Source: Rebecca billardiae RCC1528 (lineage: Eukaryota > Protista > Haptophyta). From it: a stretch of 64,000 nt of DNA. The stretch spans positions 1,922,001 through 1,986,000 of the forward strand of contig OZ251228.1 of NCBI GenBank assembly GCA_965240325.2, in the 5' to 3' direction. Within the stretch, counting starts at the first letter, position 1. Each line of letters starts with the position of its first letter. A model generated the notes under the pieces. The model saw only the letters and a program-made list of their open reading frames with translations. It made no database searches and had not been told where the DNA came from. Positions 60,022 to 64,000 of the stretch are shown here, one piece after another. The position numbers and the translations under genes were made by a program.

Positions 60022-60646
60022 GACGACCGCTCAGAAAATCAGCCGCGCGGCGCGAGCCTGCAGGATCTGCAGGACGCGCGCGGCAGGGCGCGCGCACGCG
60101 CATCGCGCGTCGGTGGTGGCGAGCGAGGCGCTCAGCTTGCGCGGCATGGGCGACGATGGCACGCTTCCAGCCCAGAAAAGCGTCGCCCCGCGCCTGACAA
60201 CGCCACGCCCCTCGCGCGGTGCCCCCGCCCGCCGCCACCGCCGCGTCGTGGCGCACCTCGCGTCGGTTCGAGCGCTCGAGATCTGCCGCAACAGCACGAC
60301 CAAAAGTTGCCCGCCGCGCGCCCGCGGGCGGGTGCGTTTCCCGCTGCTGCCCAAGATCTGAGACCGCTTCATCGCGCGGCTACACATATGGGGGGGTATC
60401 TATGCGATGTATGATAGGCCAACTCAGAGTCGGACGTCTGCGCAATGCTTCAGACTGAAACGGGCGTCCAGTCGCGTCCTATCATTGGCTGGCGCTCGAG
60501 CGTTTGAGAGCCTGACCATGATTATGGAGTCACGCACTAATGATCGAATATGACATGGTCTGAACTCTGAATGTCGAATACGTTCAGGCTAGCTTTTCAT
60601 CGAATCTAGCTAGACGAGAATCTTACAGCGACTGGGGCTGATATGC

Positions 60647-61921
60647 ATGCAGCTAATGGCTGCATGGCGGCCGGCCGCGGGGCACTCGTGTGTGCTTGGG
60701 CTCTTGCTGGCGACGGGTGCGGGCGCCCGGGCGATCGCGTGGGATCCCGACGAGCTGCCGGCGGATTGGTGGCACCTTGTACCTCCCAGCGCCCCGCAGC
60801 CCGCGTGCGGCCCGCGCGGATGGGGCAACGACAGCCGGTTCGTCGAGGTCGTCGGCCCAGCGTACTCGCTCGACTTCAACGCGCTGCAAACGCTCAAGAG
60901 CGCGTTGATGCTCGCGCTGGGGGACACGCCGCGCCGCGCGCTACTGCTGGCACCAAGCCCGAAAGGCCGCAGCTCTCGGACGCAGGTTCACGCGATCCTC
61001 GACGCATTCGACGTGCTCGCCGCGACGCGAAGCTGGGCGTGCGTCGTGATCGCGCGGACCCCGCAAGAAGCTCAGGCGCTCCGGCACGGCGCGGACGTGC
61101 GCGTGCTGACGGCGAAGGACGCGTTTCATATGCCCGTGACGCTGCTGGCTGGCGCCGGCGCCGTCTCCCCCGCCACGCTCTTCCACGAGGCCTTCATGGC
61201 GCAGCTGCTGCTCCGGCCTCGACCGCGGGTGCGCGCCGCGGTCGAGCGCCTCGAGGCCGAGCTGGGCGTAGACGGCGTGGACGAGTACGCGGTGGCGCAC
61301 CTGCGCGGCCAGAGCTGTTACGCGCGGTGCGGCAGCGGCCCGGCACTCGCGCGCACGCTCCTGCCGCTGCGCCTCCCCACCGGCCGCGCTGTCGGCGCAC
61401 ACGACGTGTGCGACCTTCAACCCCTGTACCTGGAAGCAGCGCTCGGCGCACTGGCCGTGCCGGCGCGCGCACCTGTGTTCATCGTGCACCACGACGCGGA
61501 CGTGCCCCGCGAGTCGTTCGCCGCACTGCAGAGCTGGCGCGACAACGTCACCTTCCCCCAGCGGCATGCGCGCTTCGCTGAGCTCCTCCGCGAGGCGGGC
61601 GGGCACGAGACCTATGTGCTGAGCGCACTCGCCGTGCGCGCACCCGCGTTTGTAGGCAACCCCACCTCCACCTTCTCCTCCAACGTGGCCAAGGCGCGCG
61701 CGCACCTGCTCTTCGAGCCGCGGATCAACATGCGGCGGGACGCGGTGACGATCCACATCGCGAATACGGAAGACCCGGGCGCGAAGCATCTGACGGGCCT
61801 GACAGAAGCTGATGCGAGTAGGACGATGCTGTCGATGATGGACTCGCGCGCGTCGGAGGGTCCGCTGGCAACGGCGCACCGGAGTCTACCGCCCGGAGGC
61901 GGGCAGGCGCCAGGCGGGTGA
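60647..61921 (+). CDS. O-fucosyltransferase-like glycosyltransferase
   Basis: Signal/anchor; YAVAHLR, VFIV..D, RAPAFVGNPTSTFSSNV. Confidence 0.7.
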   Translation: MQLMAAWRPAAGHSCVLGLLLATGAGARAIAWDPDELPADWWHLVPPSAPQPACGPRGWGNDSRFVEVVGPAYSLDFNALQTLKSALMLALGDTPRRALLLAPSPKGRSSRTQVHAILDAFDVLAATRSWACVVIARTPQEAQALRHGADVRVLTAKDAFHMPVTLLAGAGAVSPATLFHEAFMAQLLLRPRPRVRAAVERLEAELGVDGVDEYAVAHLRGQSCYARCGSGPALARTLLPLRLPTGRAVGAHDVCDLQPLYLEAALGALAVPARAPVFIVHHDADVPRESFAALQSWRDNVTFPQRHARFAELLREAGGHETYVLSALAVRAPAFVGNPTSTFSSNVAKARAHLLFEPRINMRRDAVTIHIANTEDPGAKHLTGLTEADASRTMLSMMDSRASEGPLATAHRSLPPGGGQAPGG

Positions 61922-63048
61922 ACCGTGGCCGTGACCAGCGCTACCACGCCGCACGCGGCGGCACACCATCATATATATATATATATATAACAATTATTAG
62001 TAAAAGAATTCTACGTACTACACACGTGCGCGCGCCCACCCGGCCTGTTTTATTTCTACCAGATTCCATTTACTATGTCACGGCGACAAACCCGTGCTCG
62101 CCAGTGGGAATCGGTGTCACGCTCCGTTGGGTGTACCTCTCACGGCCGATGGCGGCCCCCACGTGCGCAAGGAATGCGATTCGTGCACTCCTCGGTGACC
62201 GGTGAGTGCACGAATCCAGTTGCGGCGCTCGTCCGCCTCGTCGTTGTCGCACACGAGGTACACCCAACACCATGGGTCGGATCCCAGAACTCTCCGCGCG
62301 CTCGCGCCTGCGCGGCACTGGCAGGCTTGTTCTCATCATCTTGGCCAAGACTGCAGCCTGAAAGATGCGCGAGGGCGCGTGTGCACGCCTTTCCGCGCGT
62401 CATGGGTGCGCGTGGCACGCACCTTGTAATATTATACGCCGAGGAGGCCTGAGCATCCGGCCTACTAACCTTCCGCGATCACGTTCAAATGCAGGCAGCA
62501 AGCTGCAAGCAAGCGCACGCCGAACGGAAGCATCTCAAGCTCGACAAGGTAGTGGCGGCGGAGCGTTTAGAGCTGGTGGCGATTGCAGTCCATCTGGCTG
62601 TGAACTGGTCGCTAACTGACACGGGTGCGACGCAGCAGCCAAGGCAGAGTGCTTGCAGCTTGCAGAGGGCCTCCAGCTGCAGCGCCGGTTTGCCGCCGCT
62701 CGCCGCCGCTGCATCGTGCACACTGCCGTGCACCGCGAGTGACCCCTGTGTCAAGGCGAAGCACCACGGCAAGGCGAATCAGCATGTCTGACAACACCCT
62801 TCGCCACAGCGCAGCGCCTCAACACGAGAATGCGCGAATGACGTGCCATCACTTCTCCGGACTAGCTCCGGGGCCCGCACCAGCGGGCAAGCCGCCATTG
62901 TACCGCGTTTTGGCGAATGTCGCCTTTGGGCTCTCGTAGAAATAAAACAGGCCCCCGTGGGCGTGGGCCGCACGGCCTGTCATCACACTGTGTGCGCGCC
63001 ATCCGGGCGGGCATCCGATGCTGATAAGTGATACCAGCAGCATCATGA

Positions 63049-64000
63049 TCAGTCCGCCCACTCGTCTGGCGGCGTAGTCGGTGGTCCTGCACGCTTCGTC
63101 GCGCCGCCCGCGGCACGGCTGATGTCCATCGGCGCAGCGCCGGGCTCTGCTGATGCGGTTCCGACCCCTGAGCCGTCGCGGGCCACGCTGAACAAGTTCG
63201 TGCCGCGCACGCGGTTGAATGCGGCCGCGAGCTCGAGCCGGCGCGGCCGCGCGAGCGCACCCGACGTGCGCATGCCCACCGCCTCGCCGAGCGCGCGCGC
63301 GTCCATCGCGCCCTCGATCTCGTCAAGTATCTCGGGCAGCGAGCGGCCGGGGCGCATGAGCGTGCTCGCCGCGAGCTCGAGCGCGCCGCCGATCGCGCGC
63401 GCCTGCGCGCCCTCGACCAGCTGCTCGCACGCGCTCAGCTCAAGCACGCTCTCGGCGGGCGCAAACGCGGCAGCAGCCGCGCTCGAGCCGAAGCCCGCGC
63501 CCGCGCCCGCGCCCGCGGCGGAGGCTGGCTCCTCCGCCGCGCCGTCCTCGGCGTCAGCACCGCCGCCGCCGCCGCCGCCGCCGCGGCCTGTGGCCCACGC
63601 GAGCGTGCGCTCCCCACGCAGCTGCAGCCGCCCGCGCAGCAACGGCGCGAACGACGCGCCACTCGGACAGCGGCGCGCCGGTTGCCACGGCGGCTGCGCC
63701 TCGCCGCGCTCCGCCGGCGAGAGCGCGGCACATGCCAGCGGCAGCTGCGGTGCGAGCGCTGCCTCGCCTCCGCCGCGCGCCGCGATCTCCTTCGCGCGCG
63801 CCGTCGCGTCCGACGCCGCGTACTCCGTCAGCAGAATCACGCAGTCGGCCACCGCCAAGAAGTCGCCGCAGCCGCCGACGGCGATCACCACCGACACGCC
63901 CCGCTCCGAGCGCAGCGCGCGCACCTTGCTCAGCAGCGGCGTGATCGGCTCGCGCGACGACGGGACGAGCTCCCGCATGCGCCCGTCGCGGCTCCTGCGC
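63049..64000 (-). CDS. C-terminal part of an ABC_ATPase-family (predicted ABC-class ATPase) protein; runs off the window
   Basis: RMRELV...EPITPL, GVSVVIAVGGCGDFLAVAD, EQLVE..QARAIG, LARPRRLELAAAFNRVR. Confidence 0.82.
   Translation of the reverse strand, partial: RRSRDGRMRELVPSSREPITPLLSKVRALRSERGVSVVIAVGGCGDFLAVADCVILLTEYAASDATARAKEIAARGGGEAALAPQLPLACAALSPAERGEAQPPWQPARRCPSGASFAPLLRGRLQLRGERTLAWATGRGGGGGGGGADAEDGAAEEPASAAGAGAGAGFGSSAAAAAFAPAESVLELSACEQLVEGAQARAIGGALELAASTLMRPGRSLPEILDEIEGAMDARALGEAVGMRTSGALARPRRLELAAAFNRVRGTNLFSVARDGSGVGTASAEPGAAPMDISRAAGGATKRAGPPTTPPDEWAD

Overview
GC-rich, gene-dense eukaryotic DNA with short GC-rich GT-AG introns and AT-rich intergenic islands. The style suggests a microalga, possibly a haptophyte (inference only). 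About 20 protein genes are recognisable: an EsV-1-7-type Cys/His repeat array, SGNH hydrolase, a biuret hydrolase + triuret hydrolase (BiuH-TrtA) fusion, an F-BAR/CRIB/GYF/WH2 WASP-like protein, patatin TAG lipase, histone-fold protein, ArfGAP, twinfilin, polyubiquitin, an FHA-Tpt1/KptA fusion, DHHC palmitoyltransferase, two glycosyltransferases, an LpqC-type esterase, trehalose-6-phosphate phosphatase, an NCS2/AzgA-like permease and an ABC-ATPase-like protein. Mobile DNA is abundant: a hAT-like element (13-bp TIR, 8-bp TSD, adjacent empty site), a young gag-only LTR retrotransposon, a MITE, two inverted copies of a Helentron-like 1.5-kb element, two adjacent long palindromes, and a truncated UvrD-like helicase bracketed by 9-10-bp repeat arrays. 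Best candidates for new biology: (1) the 38-aa zinc-finger-like repeat array with hypervariable positions, (2) the BiuH-TrtA fusion plus a permease of a type I recall from bacterial biuret loci, (3) the gag-only LTR element, (4) the F-BAR-WASP-like and FHA-Tpt1 architectures. All family assignments are from motif recognition; no database search was run.
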